A stretch of DNA of 60,501 nucleotides, filler included. It is 5 parts of 5 records of this genome, joined end to end, with 100 filler letters (N's around TTAATTAATTAA, not from the genome) between each part and the next. Parts side by side here need not be neighbours in the genome. Positions count along the whole stretch, not along the records: positions 1 to 21,961 come from DRR723986_60431; 4 more parts are not named here. One strand, given 5' to 3'. A program made the position numbers and the translations under genes. Position 1 is the first letter of the stretch; every line of letters begins with the position of its first letter. Below the pieces are notes generated by a model, which worked only from the letters and a program-made list of their open reading frames with translations, made no database searches and had not been told where the DNA came from. Below, in pieces: positions 10,409 through 19,948 of this stretch.

Positions 10409-11083
10409 ATGAGAAGTTTGAGATTATTACAAGGTATGGTGCTAGTCTGCATACTCTTGGTGCCCATATTAATTTTCCTGTTTCTTAAGGGGTTTGGTAA
10501 TAACACATATGATATCCCCGTTTTTTTTGAAAAGGGCGTCGATAATCCTTTTCAGGAATGTCCAGTGGCTGATACTACCCAGCATTACATTCCGGACTTT
10601 ACCTTCACCAATCAAGATGGGGAACAAGTAGGAAGAGCTGATATGGAAGGTAAAGTGACAATTGTTGACTTTTTCTTTACATCCTGTCCAAGTATCTGTC
10701 CTAAAATGTCTGCTGAGATGGAGCGCGTTAATGATATGTTTAGAGATGAAGACAAGGTGCGAATCATGTCTATTAGCATTGATCCCACTTATGACAGTCC
10801 GGAGGTCTTAAAGAAATATGCAGATGAGCATCATGCTGAAGCCGGAAAGTGGGACTTTCTAACGGGTGGGGTTCAGGAAACCTATGATTTAGCAAAATGT
10901 GGTTTTATCATTCCTAGTGTAGATGGGTTAGGTGTTCCTGATGATTTTGTTCATAGTGACAAATTTGTATTAGTTGATGAACAAGGAAGAATAAGAGGGT
11001 ATTATAGTGGAACCTCTCGGGAAGATGTGGATTTATTAATGTTGGAGACTAAAGTTTTATTACATGCAAGCGAAGGAAAATAG
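10409..11083 (+). CDS. SCO1/SenC family copper chaperone
   Basis: FFFTSCPSICP (CxxxC), SISIDP..D, HSDKFVLVD..GRIRGYY; N-terminal TM. Confidence 0.94.
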   Translation: MRSLRLLQGMVLVCILLVPILIFLFLKGFGNNTYDIPVFFEKGVDNPFQECPVADTTQHYIPDFTFTNQDGEQVGRADMEGKVTIVDFFFTSCPSICPKMSAEMERVNDMFRDEDKVRIMSISIDPTYDSPEVLKKYADEHHAEAGKWDFLTGGVQETYDLAKCGFIIPSVDGLGVPDDFVHSDKFVLVDEQGRIRGYYSGTSREDVDLLMLETKVLLHASEGK

Positions 11084-11618
11084 TTTGTTGGAGAATGAAG
11101 GGAAAGTTAAAGGATGGATTATCGCCATTTCGGTAATTATTCCTGTGGCAGTAGCCGTGCTCATATTCATGCCTACTAAAATTGATTTGGGGTCTGAATG
11201 GGTTTATTTTTTACCTCACCTTAATGCTGTGATGAATACCGCCGCTACGGTAGCATTGATAGCAGGCTTGGTTTTTATCAAAAACGGGAATATCCCATAT
11301 CACCGCGCCTCCATGACCACAGCATTTGTATTAGGAGCTATATTCCTTGTTTCTTATGTAATTTATCATGCAGCTGCTGAGAGCACTTCATTTGGAGGTG
11401 AAGGGTCTATTCGGAGTATTTACTATTTTCTTTTAATTACTCATATTGTCCTTGCAGCAGTAGCACTTTTTCCAATCTTGTTCGCATACTATTACGGTTA
11501 CACTGAACAGTATGTCAAGCACCGAAAAGTTGTTAAATTTGCCTATCCAATCTGGCTTTATGTAACAGTCTCCGGTGTGATTGTTTACTTGATGATCAGT
11601 CCTTATTATCTACATTAA
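11064..11618 (+). CDS. DUF420 (CtaM/YozB-like) membrane protein
   Basis: LPHLNA..N, HRASM, FLVSYVIYH, THIVL and IWLYVTVSG motifs. Confidence 0.9.
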   Translation: MQAKENSLLENEGKVKGWIIAISVIIPVAVAVLIFMPTKIDLGSEWVYFLPHLNAVMNTAATVALIAGLVFIKNGNIPYHRASMTTAFVLGAIFLVSYVIYHAAAESTSFGGEGSIRSIYYFLLITHIVLAAVALFPILFAYYYGYTEQYVKHRKVVKFAYPIWLYVTVSGVIVYLMISPYYLH

Positions 11619-11652
11619 AAACCTACCTTCAATTCCGTTCGTAGGAAATAGT

Positions 11653-11904
11653 ATGCAAAAAGCTCTTAAAATAGGATTTCTTTCTCTGATTGCTCTATTG
11701 CTACACACTGCCTCTTATGCTCAGTGTGCTATGTGTCGCGCATCCGTCGAAAATAATGTAAGCAACGGAGACACTAGCGTGGCTGCTGGTCTTAATCTAG
11801 GCATTATGTATTTGTTCGTGATGCCGTACCTAATAGCGATGGTGCTGGGATTTTTCTGGTATCGTAATGCTAAGAAAAGAAAAGCTAAAATTGCCATGCA
11901 CTAA
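11653..11904 (+). CDS. Small exported/membrane protein with CAMC motif
   Basis: Signal peptide ending AYA, then QCAMCRA, then GLNLGIMYL TM helix and a basic tail. Confidence 0.8.
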   Translation: MQKALKIGFLSLIALLLHTASYAQCAMCRASVENNVSNGDTSVAAGLNLGIMYLFVMPYLIAMVLGFFWYRNAKKRKAKIAMH

Positions 11905-11914
11905 CGAATAGAAG

Positions 11915-11946
11915 AGCAAAGTTTGATCAAAGACTTTGCTTTTTTT
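11915..11946 (+). terminator. Rho-independent terminator
   Basis: AGCAAAGT / ACTTTGCT stem followed by TTTTTT. Confidence 0.7.
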
Positions 11947-11959
11947 ATTTTACATCTAA

Positions 11960-14900
11960 ATGAAGCAGGATTCCCGCCGCCTGATCATATTGATCAGTAT
12001 TTTCTCTCTTCTTGCAGTATTGATTTTGAATTTCTTTTTCTTTCAGAAAAGTGATCAGGACACCTATTTGCAAGCGCTACAAGATCGGATTCAGACTATT
12101 GACAAAGAATTTGATGAGGATTTCATTCAGGTTCTAATGGAGGTTAGACCAGATGATACCTTAAGTTTTGGTCAAATCAGTACTCCTTTACACAAACATC
12201 CTTTTTTTATACTTAGTCCGGAAAAAGAGCTATTATACTGGTCAGACTTTACACTTACGTTGGATTTTTCACAAGTTGATCTTTCCAAAGAATACCAGTT
12301 GTTGGACGATCCTTATGGTACGCTTTTGTTAAAAATAAGGAGCGTGAAAAGGAATGGGGCTGATTATATTATGCTTCACGTGCTTAGGCTGATTTGGCCA
12401 GGCAACATTGAAAACAACTACCTAATCACTGGTCCCAATCCAGAAATCTTTGGAAATAATAGATTTGAGTTGCTTGCGAATCCCGAGGAAGGAGCTGCAA
12501 TAGTTAAGAACCCTGCGGGGATTCCGCTTTTCGGGATCAATTTTCTTTTTGGATATAGCCCGGCTGGACGAGTGGTTAATCCTGCAATTCTGATCTTCTT
12601 CACCTCAGTATTTCTTCTCTATTTTCTATTAAGCTCTGATTTTGTGCTGAGCAAGTGGAAATCAGGAAGAAGATGGCAAGCTATAAGCTACGCGATTTTT
12701 GTACTTGGGGCATTTAGATTTATGATGTTGATCCTGGATTTCCCAAGTAACTACCTCAATTTGTCATTATTTGATTCTGCCAATTATGCCTCTTCCTGGT
12801 TCAATCCTAGTTTGGGTGATTTGTTGATTAATACGATCTGTGGTGTTTTGATTTTAGCCATGGTTATCTATCAACTTGCTTCGAGAGTAATGCATGAAAA
12901 AATCAAAGTGCTAAAGAGCAAGAATGAGTTTTTGGTATTTTTCTTCTTCTCCTTCCTGATTAGTTCAATAGGCTTGTACCTGGTATGGTCACTTCCGAGA
13001 GACTTGATGATCAACTCGCAATGGGCCTTAGACATCAGCTCTATCCCATCATTTGATTGGTTTAAAGGACTAAGTTTCTTCATGCTATTCCTATGGGGAG
13101 CAGTATATGTCTTGCTTTCGCTTACTATGTTCAGTTTGCTTCTGGAGGTCAATAACCGCAAAAAAGACTATTACAAGTGGATTGCTGTTTTAGGTCTGCC
13201 CATCGCGGTATCTTTATTTTTCTTTTCGCTCTGGGGAGGTATTGTATGGCTTATCCATCTTATTTTCTTGATCATAATTATTCGTCTGGAGCTTTTCAAA
13301 AACGCATTTAAACTTGGTCTAGATACCTTTCTTACTTTTTTCTTTGCATGTTTGGTGGCTGCCATTATTGGAGGGATAAGTACTTTTCAAACAGAGAAAA
13401 GTGAGTTGATTCAATCGAAGAGTCGCTTCGCAAATCAAAATCTTATTGAGAATGATGTGATGACAGAGTTTTTCTTGGGTGAAATTTTCACCAGGATTAA
13501 AAATGATTTATTCATACAGAATAGAATAGCAGACCCACTTTTCTCCAAAGACCCGATTGAAACTAAAATCAGAAGAATTTATCTCGATAATTACTTTGAT
13601 CAGTTTGAAGTACAAGTCCGGATTTTTTCTTCTTCAGGACAGCAAATTTTAGGTTCCTCTAATTCAGAAAGTCTAAAAGATCTTCAGTTGGAGTACATAA
13701 ATAGCGATTATGCAACTAGCGTGAAGGATCTGTACTTTATCAGAGGCAATGAGGCTAATAATGGAAACCGCTTTATTGCCTTTGTACCAATGAGCAAAGA
13801 AGGGACGTCGCTAGGAACTGTTTTTCTTGAGCTTCGACAGTTGCGCGTACAGCCTACGAGTGTATATCCTAAATTATTGTTGGATAAGAAATATAATGAC
13901 AAGCTCGATCCTATAATTTATGATTATGCCATTTTCAAGGAGGGAGAATTTATCAGGAATTCCGGCTCGTTTAATTATCTCAATAGTGGTTTTAGTCGAG
14001 TACTGAGTCGCAATGCTTTATTGACTGAGGGAGTGCACCAAGACGGATATCATCATTTTGGGATAAAAAATGGGGATGAGTTGATAATTGTCTCATCAAA
14101 GAATATTTCAGTCGCTCATTTCTTTGGGAATATTTCGCTATTCTTTGTGCTGTTTGTGATTATGACTTTCCTGGCTATTCTGATCAATACATTGATCACT
14201 GGAGTCAAAAATTTCGAATTCAATTACTCCACCAAGCTTCAGCTTTACCTTAATTTCGCTTTCTTTTTCCCCATCCTCATTATCAGTATTATCACGATTG
14301 GCTTGTTGGCTAATAGCTATCGGGATGATCTGGATAGACAATACATCCAAAAGGCAGCGTTGATCAGAGGCAATCTTGGTAGCTTTCTCAATAACCAGCG
14401 TCTTGAAAATGTAGATAACGATCTACTCAATGAGGAAGTGAATGAATTGGCAAATACCATAGCCAGTGACATCCATATTTATACCACTAAGGGCAAATTA
14501 GAGTCTACCAATCGCCCAAATATCTTTGATAAGAAAATTCTGGCGCCGATAATTAATCCTAAAGCGATGGCTGAAATTGAAGAAATGGGGCAGTCCCAGT
14601 TTCTGGCTGATGAGCAAATCGGGAAATTGCGTTATAAGTCTGTTTATTTATCAATTCCAGCCACAGCGAATCAGCAGAATTTAGGAATTTTGGCTGTTCC
14701 ATTCTTTGAGTCAGAAACAGAATTGAATACGTTGATCGCAGATGTGTTGAGCAATATTTTCAATGCCTTTGTGGTGATTTTCATTTTGTTTTTATTCGTC
14801 TCCTACTTTGTCTCCACTAACCTTACTTTCCCTTTCAAATTGCTTACACAAAAGCTGAAGGCTACCAATTTGGAAGATAACGAACCTATGTATTGGGGAT

Positions 14901-15664
14901 CAAAAGATGAAATAGGGTTACTTGTAAATGAATACAACAACATGCTTTTTAAGCTTGAAAGCTCGAAGAAAGTACTCGCATCCACCGAGAAAGAATCTGC
15001 TTGGAGGGAAATGGCAAAGCAGGTAGCACATGAGATCAAGAATCCACTTACACCAATGAAGCTTACTCTCCAGCATTTGATTCGCCTTCAGGATGCTGGT
15101 AGATTAGATGATGCAGAAAAGCTGAAACGATCGCTGGAGACGTTGATCCATCAGGTAGATGCACTCAGTGGGATAGCATCCTCATTTTCCACTTTTGCAA
15201 AAATGCCTTTGCCAAATAATGAGTTGATGAACTTTAAAGCTGTGCTGAATAAAGTGTTGGAGTTATTCAGTGGCGATCAGCAAGTCGAGTTGGTTTTTCA
15301 GGACGATTCATTTACAGATAATATTCCGATTTTGGGTGATGATAAGCTTTTTGGACGAGTAATTTCCAATCTTATAATTAATGGGGTTCAAGCTGTCGAG
15401 CCAGGAGTCAAGCCAATTATACGTATTTGGCTTTGGATGACTGATCAGGCGGTTTTTCTTGAAATTACAGATAATGGTAAAGGGATTTCGGATGATCTAA
15501 AGGATAAAATCTTCATTCCAAATTTCTCTACCAAGTCCACAGGATCGGGCTTGGGATTGGCTATCGCAAAAAGTGGAGTAGAGACAGCGGGAGGTAAAAT
15601 CTGGTTTGAAACTGAGGTTGGAAAGGGTACCACATTCTATCTCACCTTTCCATTGATGGGATAA
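11960..15664 (+). CDS. Multi-TM sensor histidine kinase (NtrY-like HAMP-HisKA-HATPase)
   Basis: H-box AWREMAKQVAHEIKNPLTP, N-box NLIINGVQA, DNGKG, FIPNFSTK, GSGLGL; many TM segments. Confidence 0.93.
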   Translation: MKQDSRRLIILISIFSLLAVLILNFFFFQKSDQDTYLQALQDRIQTIDKEFDEDFIQVLMEVRPDDTLSFGQISTPLHKHPFFILSPEKELLYWSDFTLTLDFSQVDLSKEYQLLDDPYGTLLLKIRSVKRNGADYIMLHVLRLIWPGNIENNYLITGPNPEIFGNNRFELLANPEEGAAIVKNPAGIPLFGINFLFGYSPAGRVVNPAILIFFTSVFLLYFLLSSDFVLSKWKSGRRWQAISYAIFVLGAFRFMMLILDFPSNYLNLSLFDSANYASSWFNPSLGDLLINTICGVLILAMVIYQLASRVMHEKIKVLKSKNEFLVFFFFSFLISSIGLYLVWSLPRDLMINSQWALDISSIPSFDWFKGLSFFMLFLWGAVYVLLSLTMFSLLLEVNNRKKDYYKWIAVLGLPIAVSLFFFSLWGGIVWLIHLIFLIIIIRLELFKNAFKLGLDTFLTFFFACLVAAIIGGISTFQTEKSELIQSKSRFANQNLIENDVMTEFFLGEIFTRIKNDLFIQNRIADPLFSKDPIETKIRRIYLDNYFDQFEVQVRIFSSSGQQILGSSNSESLKDLQLEYINSDYATSVKDLYFIRGNEANNGNRFIAFVPMSKEGTSLGTVFLELRQLRVQPTSVYPKLLLDKKYNDKLDPIIYDYAIFKEGEFIRNSGSFNYLNSGFSRVLSRNALLTEGVHQDGYHHFGIKNGDELIIVSSKNISVAHFFGNISLFFVLFVIMTFLAILINTLITGVKNFEFNYSTKLQLYLNFAFFFPILIISIITIGLLANSYRDDLDRQYIQKAALIRGNLGSFLNNQRLENVDNDLLNEEVNELANTIASDIHIYTTKGKLESTNRPNIFDKKILAPIINPKAMAEIEEMGQSQFLADEQIGKLRYKSVYLSIPATANQQNLGILAVPFFESETELNTLIADVLSNIFNAFVVIFILFLFVSYFVSTNLTFPFKLLTQKLKATNLEDNEPMYWGSKDEIGLLVNEYNNMLFKLESSKKVLASTEKESAWREMAKQVAHEIKNPLTPMKLTLQHLIRLQDAGRLDDAEKLKRSLETLIHQVDALSGIASSFSTFAKMPLPNNELMNFKAVLNKVLELFSGDQQVELVFQDDSFTDNIPILGDDKLFGRVISNLIINGVQAVEPGVKPIIRIWLWMTDQAVFLEITDNGKGISDDLKDKIFIPNFSTKSTGSGLGLAIAKSGVETAGGKIWFETEVGKGTTFYLTFPLMG

Positions 15665-15710
15665 TTCATCTTTTTAGTACCTTCCAACCAAAAGGGATTT
15701 CGGAGTGAGC

Positions 15711-18700
15711 ATGCGTAATTGGCTACTTTTCTGGGTATTAGTGTGTGGCTTTTCCAATTCGGTAATGGCTCAGGAAAAATGCCGATGGGTACAGTCTGAG
15801 GTTTTTGCAATTCCTACAGTTCCAGACTCGCTTTCCTTATTGGAAGAAACTATCAGAATTACAGATAAGGAAGGGATTTCGTATAATTTCAAATATGATC
15901 TAAATGCTAATAAGCTTCAAGTGCTTTTTGAAAGTGAAGTAAAACCTGATTCACTTTTGCTTTGCTACAGGACTTTTTCCATACGCTTTGATCAGCCAGT
16001 TGCGCGCAGGACTTTATTGTCGGATTATGATTCTACAGCCCAATTCAAAGACCATAGAATGGCTGAGTTGCCTGCATTTGATTTTCGTGAGGAGCTTTTT
16101 CCAACGACAAACCTTTACAAATCGGGAAGTCTCACGCGCGGAATTTCCTTCGGAAATACACAAAATGTATTTGTCAACTCAGCGCTTAATCTTCAACTAG
16201 AAGGCGATATTTCCGAAAATCTAAAAATCCGTGCAAGTATCACCGATCAAAATGTACCATTTCAACCCGAAGGAAATACACAGCAAATCCAGGACTTTGA
16301 CAATGTGCTGATCGAGCTGTATAATGATGACTTTAGTTTGGCGGCGGGAGATGTGGTTTTGCAGCAGCGGCAGTCTGAATTTCTGCGCTATTACAAAAAT
16401 GTGCAGGGATTGCAGTTTACCTCCAAATACAAGATGAGTGATAAGTGGACCGCGAGTTCCCAAGCTTTTGCTTCCATTGCCAAAGGGAAATTTGCGTCGA
16501 TTCAATTACCAATTTTGGAAGGTGTGCTCGGCCCGTATCGAGTTAGTGGGCCAAATAATGAGCGATTTGTAATCATCATGGCCAATTCCGAGCGGGTATT
16601 TCTGGATGGAAAGCAGCTAAAGCGAGGTTTCAATGAAGATTATGTGATTGATTACAATCAGGCAGAAATCACCTTTACCCCAAAAGTTCTAATCACTCAG
16701 TATTCCCGAGTTAGGGTTGATTTTGAATATGCTGAGCGGAATTATTCCCGATCTATCATCGGCGCGAATCACAGCCAAACAAACGGAAAGGTGGATGTGT
16801 ACTTGAATTATTACCAGGAAAAAGACAATAGAAACCGTCCGCTTTTTACAGATTTTTCCCAGAGTGAATTAGGGCTAATGGCTTTAGTTGGCGATAGTGC
16901 AACACTTGCGAGAATACCTCGGATTGATAGTGTGGCTTTTGATCAGAATAGAATTTTATATAAAAAAGTCACCGAGTTTGATGTTTTGGGGAATCCATTG
17001 GTTTATTATGAATATTCCAATGATCCTGAGCTAGCTCATTATGATTTGGGCTTTACCCAAGTAGGATCTGGGCTTGGAGATTATCGTCGTTCCAACCAAT
17101 TGTCGAACGGGACAGTCTACGAATATGTTCCGCGGCAAAATGGACAGCCACAGGGTGATTATTCTATTTTGTCCCAATTGCCACTTCCCGATAGCAAACG
17201 AATGGTGACTGCTGGCTCAAGGATACGGCTAAATGAGCATGAGAAAGTTTATACAGAATTGGGGCTTTCTTCAGTGGACAAAAATCTATTTTCTGTATTA
17301 GATGATGATGACAATCAAGGGCTGGGGATGAAGGTTGGCTTGCAAAGTGAAGGTCGGGAGTCTTCACTTTTCAAAGGTTATATCATGAAAGGGCAGACGG
17401 AGTACGAATACAATTCCACCAACTTCAATTTTATAGATCGATTTAGGTATATCGAGTTTGATCGGGATTGGGGACTTAGCCAGCAAGCTTTGCAAAGTGC
17501 AGCTGCGGAGCAGTTTTTCCGCGCTGGGATTGGTTTCGAAAAAGATGTGCTCAATCGATTCGACTATCTTTTTTACCTGAGAAATAGAGAAAATGTGTTG
17601 AACGGAACACAGCATTCAGCTAACTGGAATTTGCAGTTGGGATCCAAAATCAGACTCAGGCAAGAGTTTTTTCGCTTGAATTCCACTCAGGATTCATTGA
17701 AGTCTGACTGGACTCGGTACTTGGGTGATGTGAGTTATAATTCCAAAATCATCGTTCCAGGCTATCAGTTTTCATTGGATCAAAATGCTTTGAGAAGTGC
17801 CGAGACGGATTCGGTTGTGAGCACAGCAATGAACTATAAGCAGCATTTGCTCTATTTGCGAAGCAATGACTCACTCAGTTATTCCTTTTTGGCTGATGCA
17901 GCTTGGCGTGAAGATAAGGCTCCTATAGCTGGAGAATTGATGAAAGATACCAGAGCTTTTACTTCCAACTTTACTTTCAGAAAGCAATGGACTCAGCACA
18001 GCCTGAGCAGTACGTTTACTTACAGGGAACTGGAGTATTTGCAGCGAGATCTACAATCCGAACTTACCGTGATGGGTAAGCTAGATTATCAGGGAAGCTT
18101 GGGTAAAAATCTCATTCGAAATGAAATCAGCTATGCCATTGGAAACGGGCGGGAGTTGCAACGGGAATTCGTCTTTTTGCCAGCTCCAAATGGTGATGGG
18201 ACGCATACTTGGAGAGATGATAATGGAGATGGCGTACAGCAGCTGAATGAATTTTACTTGGCAATCAACCCAGAAGAAAAGCAATACATCAAGATATTTG
18301 TACCGACTGATACCTATATCCAAGCCTACACAAGTATTTTGAATTACAGATTACAGGCAAAATTCCCGGAAACTTGGAAAGAGGCTGGTGGCTTGCGGAC
18401 ATTTTTGCATAAGTTTTCAAATACCACCAGTCTGAGTGTGGAGAAGAAAGTCACTTCGGATGACTTTGTGGATCGGATAAATCCTTTTATTGGAGGAGTG
18501 AATAGGGAAGACGTTTTATCTCTCAGGCAAGTGATCCGCTCGAGTTTTTTCTTCAATCGGGCTTCTGCCAGTTATGGATTTGATTTGTCATATTTCGATT
18601 CTCAGTTCAAGCAATTGCTTTCCGGGGGATTTGAAGATTTGATTCAGAAGGATTGGAAGTTGAATACGAGGTATAATTTCAACGGGCAGACTACTTTGAG

Positions 18701-19175
18701 GATTATTGCAGGAACCGGTAACCGACTTTCGGCATCTGATTTCTTAGAAAACAGGAATTACAATATTTCTCAAAATCTAATTGGACCTGAGTTTTCCTGG
18801 CAACCCACACCATATTTCCGGACTACAGCTACTTATTCTTTTACGGGAAAAGTCAATACTGAGAATATTGAATTCGAGGAAAAGGCGCAATTGCATCAAG
18901 TAGGACTAGATCTTCGCTTTGCGCGAGCAGTAAAAACTACGCTGACAGGCAATCTCAAGTTGATTCAGATTGATTACAATGGTGTTGCAAATTCTCCAGT
19001 TGGCTATGAAATGCTCCAAGCGTTGACACCAGGAACAAATGTCACTTGGAATGTGAATTGGCTACAGAAAATAGGAGAGGGATTACAATTGAACTTGGTG
19101 TATGAAGGTCGAAATTCGCAGGGATTGGATAAGATTGTCCATGTTGGGAGAATGCAAGTTTCCGCTCTATTTTGA
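15711..19175 (+). CDS. Large hypothetical protein, predicted outer-membrane beta-barrel
   Basis: Signal peptide, extensive alternating aromatic/polar beta-strand pattern, C-terminal Phe (QVSALF). Start is ATG 15711 or GTG 15705. Confidence 0.7.
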   Translation: MRNWLLFWVLVCGFSNSVMAQEKCRWVQSEVFAIPTVPDSLSLLEETIRITDKEGISYNFKYDLNANKLQVLFESEVKPDSLLLCYRTFSIRFDQPVARRTLLSDYDSTAQFKDHRMAELPAFDFREELFPTTNLYKSGSLTRGISFGNTQNVFVNSALNLQLEGDISENLKIRASITDQNVPFQPEGNTQQIQDFDNVLIELYNDDFSLAAGDVVLQQRQSEFLRYYKNVQGLQFTSKYKMSDKWTASSQAFASIAKGKFASIQLPILEGVLGPYRVSGPNNERFVIIMANSERVFLDGKQLKRGFNEDYVIDYNQAEITFTPKVLITQYSRVRVDFEYAERNYSRSIIGANHSQTNGKVDVYLNYYQEKDNRNRPLFTDFSQSELGLMALVGDSATLARIPRIDSVAFDQNRILYKKVTEFDVLGNPLVYYEYSNDPELAHYDLGFTQVGSGLGDYRRSNQLSNGTVYEYVPRQNGQPQGDYSILSQLPLPDSKRMVTAGSRIRLNEHEKVYTELGLSSVDKNLFSVLDDDDNQGLGMKVGLQSEGRESSLFKGYIMKGQTEYEYNSTNFNFIDRFRYIEFDRDWGLSQQALQSAAAEQFFRAGIGFEKDVLNRFDYLFYLRNRENVLNGTQHSANWNLQLGSKIRLRQEFFRLNSTQDSLKSDWTRYLGDVSYNSKIIVPGYQFSLDQNALRSAETDSVVSTAMNYKQHLLYLRSNDSLSYSFLADAAWREDKAPIAGELMKDTRAFTSNFTFRKQWTQHSLSSTFTYRELEYLQRDLQSELTVMGKLDYQGSLGKNLIRNEISYAIGNGRELQREFVFLPAPNGDGTHTWRDDNGDGVQQLNEFYLAINPEEKQYIKIFVPTDTYIQAYTSILNYRLQAKFPETWKEAGGLRTFLHKFSNTTSLSVEKKVTSDDFVDRINPFIGGVNREDVLSLRQVIRSSFFFNRASASYGFDLSYFDSQFKQLLSGGFEDLIQKDWKLNTRYNFNGQTTLRIIAGTGNRLSASDFLENRNYNISQNLIGPEFSWQPTPYFRTTATYSFTGKVNTENIEFEEKAQLHQVGLDLRFARAVKTTLTGNLKLIQIDYNGVANSPVGYEMLQALTPGTNVTWNVNWLQKIGEGLQLNLVYEGRNSQGLDKIVHVGRMQVSALF

Positions 19176-19185
19176 TAAAAACATG

Positions 19186-19193
19186 TAACTTTG
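19186..19193 (+). promoter_or_regulatory. Bacteroidota -7 promoter element
   Basis: TAACTTTG matches TAnnTTTG in the intergenic region upstream of the SDR and ispG genes. Confidence 0.55.
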
Positions 19194-19238
19194 CCGAAGG
19201 AGAATAGTTGTCACACTAACTATTAAACTACGAATCAA

Positions 19239-19943
19239 ATGAGCAAAAGCATTCTCGTCACCGGAGGTACCAAAGGAATAGGAAGAGCGATTATTGAGCG
19301 CTTCGCAGCGGAAGGTTTTGACGTCTTCACCTGTGCGCGAAATGCAGCTGACTTAGCTGACTTGAAGACTTATTTGGAAAGCCAATATCCTTCGATAAAC
19401 ATTCTGGCGATTCAGGCTGACCTTTCCAAAAAGGAAGAAGTGACTAAGTTTGTAGATGAAATCAAATCAGTTTCGATTCCTGATGTCTTGGTAAATAACA
19501 CCGGAGTCTTTTTGCCAGGTGCTATTCACAATGAGCCTGAAGGGAATTTTGAGCTAATGATGCAAACCAATTTGTATTCTGCTTATTATCTGACTCGTGG
19601 TTTTGTCAACGAAATGATTGCGAAGAAATCAGGACATATTTTCACCATGGGCTCAGTCGCTGGACTTACAGCCTACCCAAATGGTGGTACTTATGCTGTT
19701 TCCAAATGGGCGATGCTCGGAATGACCAAGTGTCTGCGTGAAGAATTAAAACCACATCAGATCAAAGTAACATCCATTCTTGCCGGCGCAACTTATACTT
19801 CGAGCTGGGAAGGAGTTGATTTGCCTGTGGAGCGATTTATGAAAGCAGAAGATGTGGCCGAGAGTGTTTGGGCCGCTTATAACCTTTCGCCCCAATCTGT
19901 TGTTGAAGAACTAGTAATCCGACCTCAATTAGGAGATATATAA
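19239..19943 (+). CDS. Short-chain dehydrogenase/reductase
   Basis: TGGTKGIG, NNTG, catalytic YAVSK. Confidence 0.95.
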   Translation: MSKSILVTGGTKGIGRAIIERFAAEGFDVFTCARNAADLADLKTYLESQYPSINILAIQADLSKKEEVTKFVDEIKSVSIPDVLVNNTGVFLPGAIHNEPEGNFELMMQTNLYSAYYLTRGFVNEMIAKKSGHIFTMGSVAGLTAYPNGGTYAVSKWAMLGMTKCLREELKPHQIKVTSILAGATYTSSWEGVDLPVERFMKAEDVAESVWAAYNLSPQSVVEELVIRPQLGDI

Positions 19944-19948
19944 ACCCC

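Noticed and set aside
2-11618. ACIII plus aa3 oxidase cluster with two subunit III genes as a novel system
   Set aside because: An established arrangement in Bacteroidota such as Flavobacterium johnsoniae.
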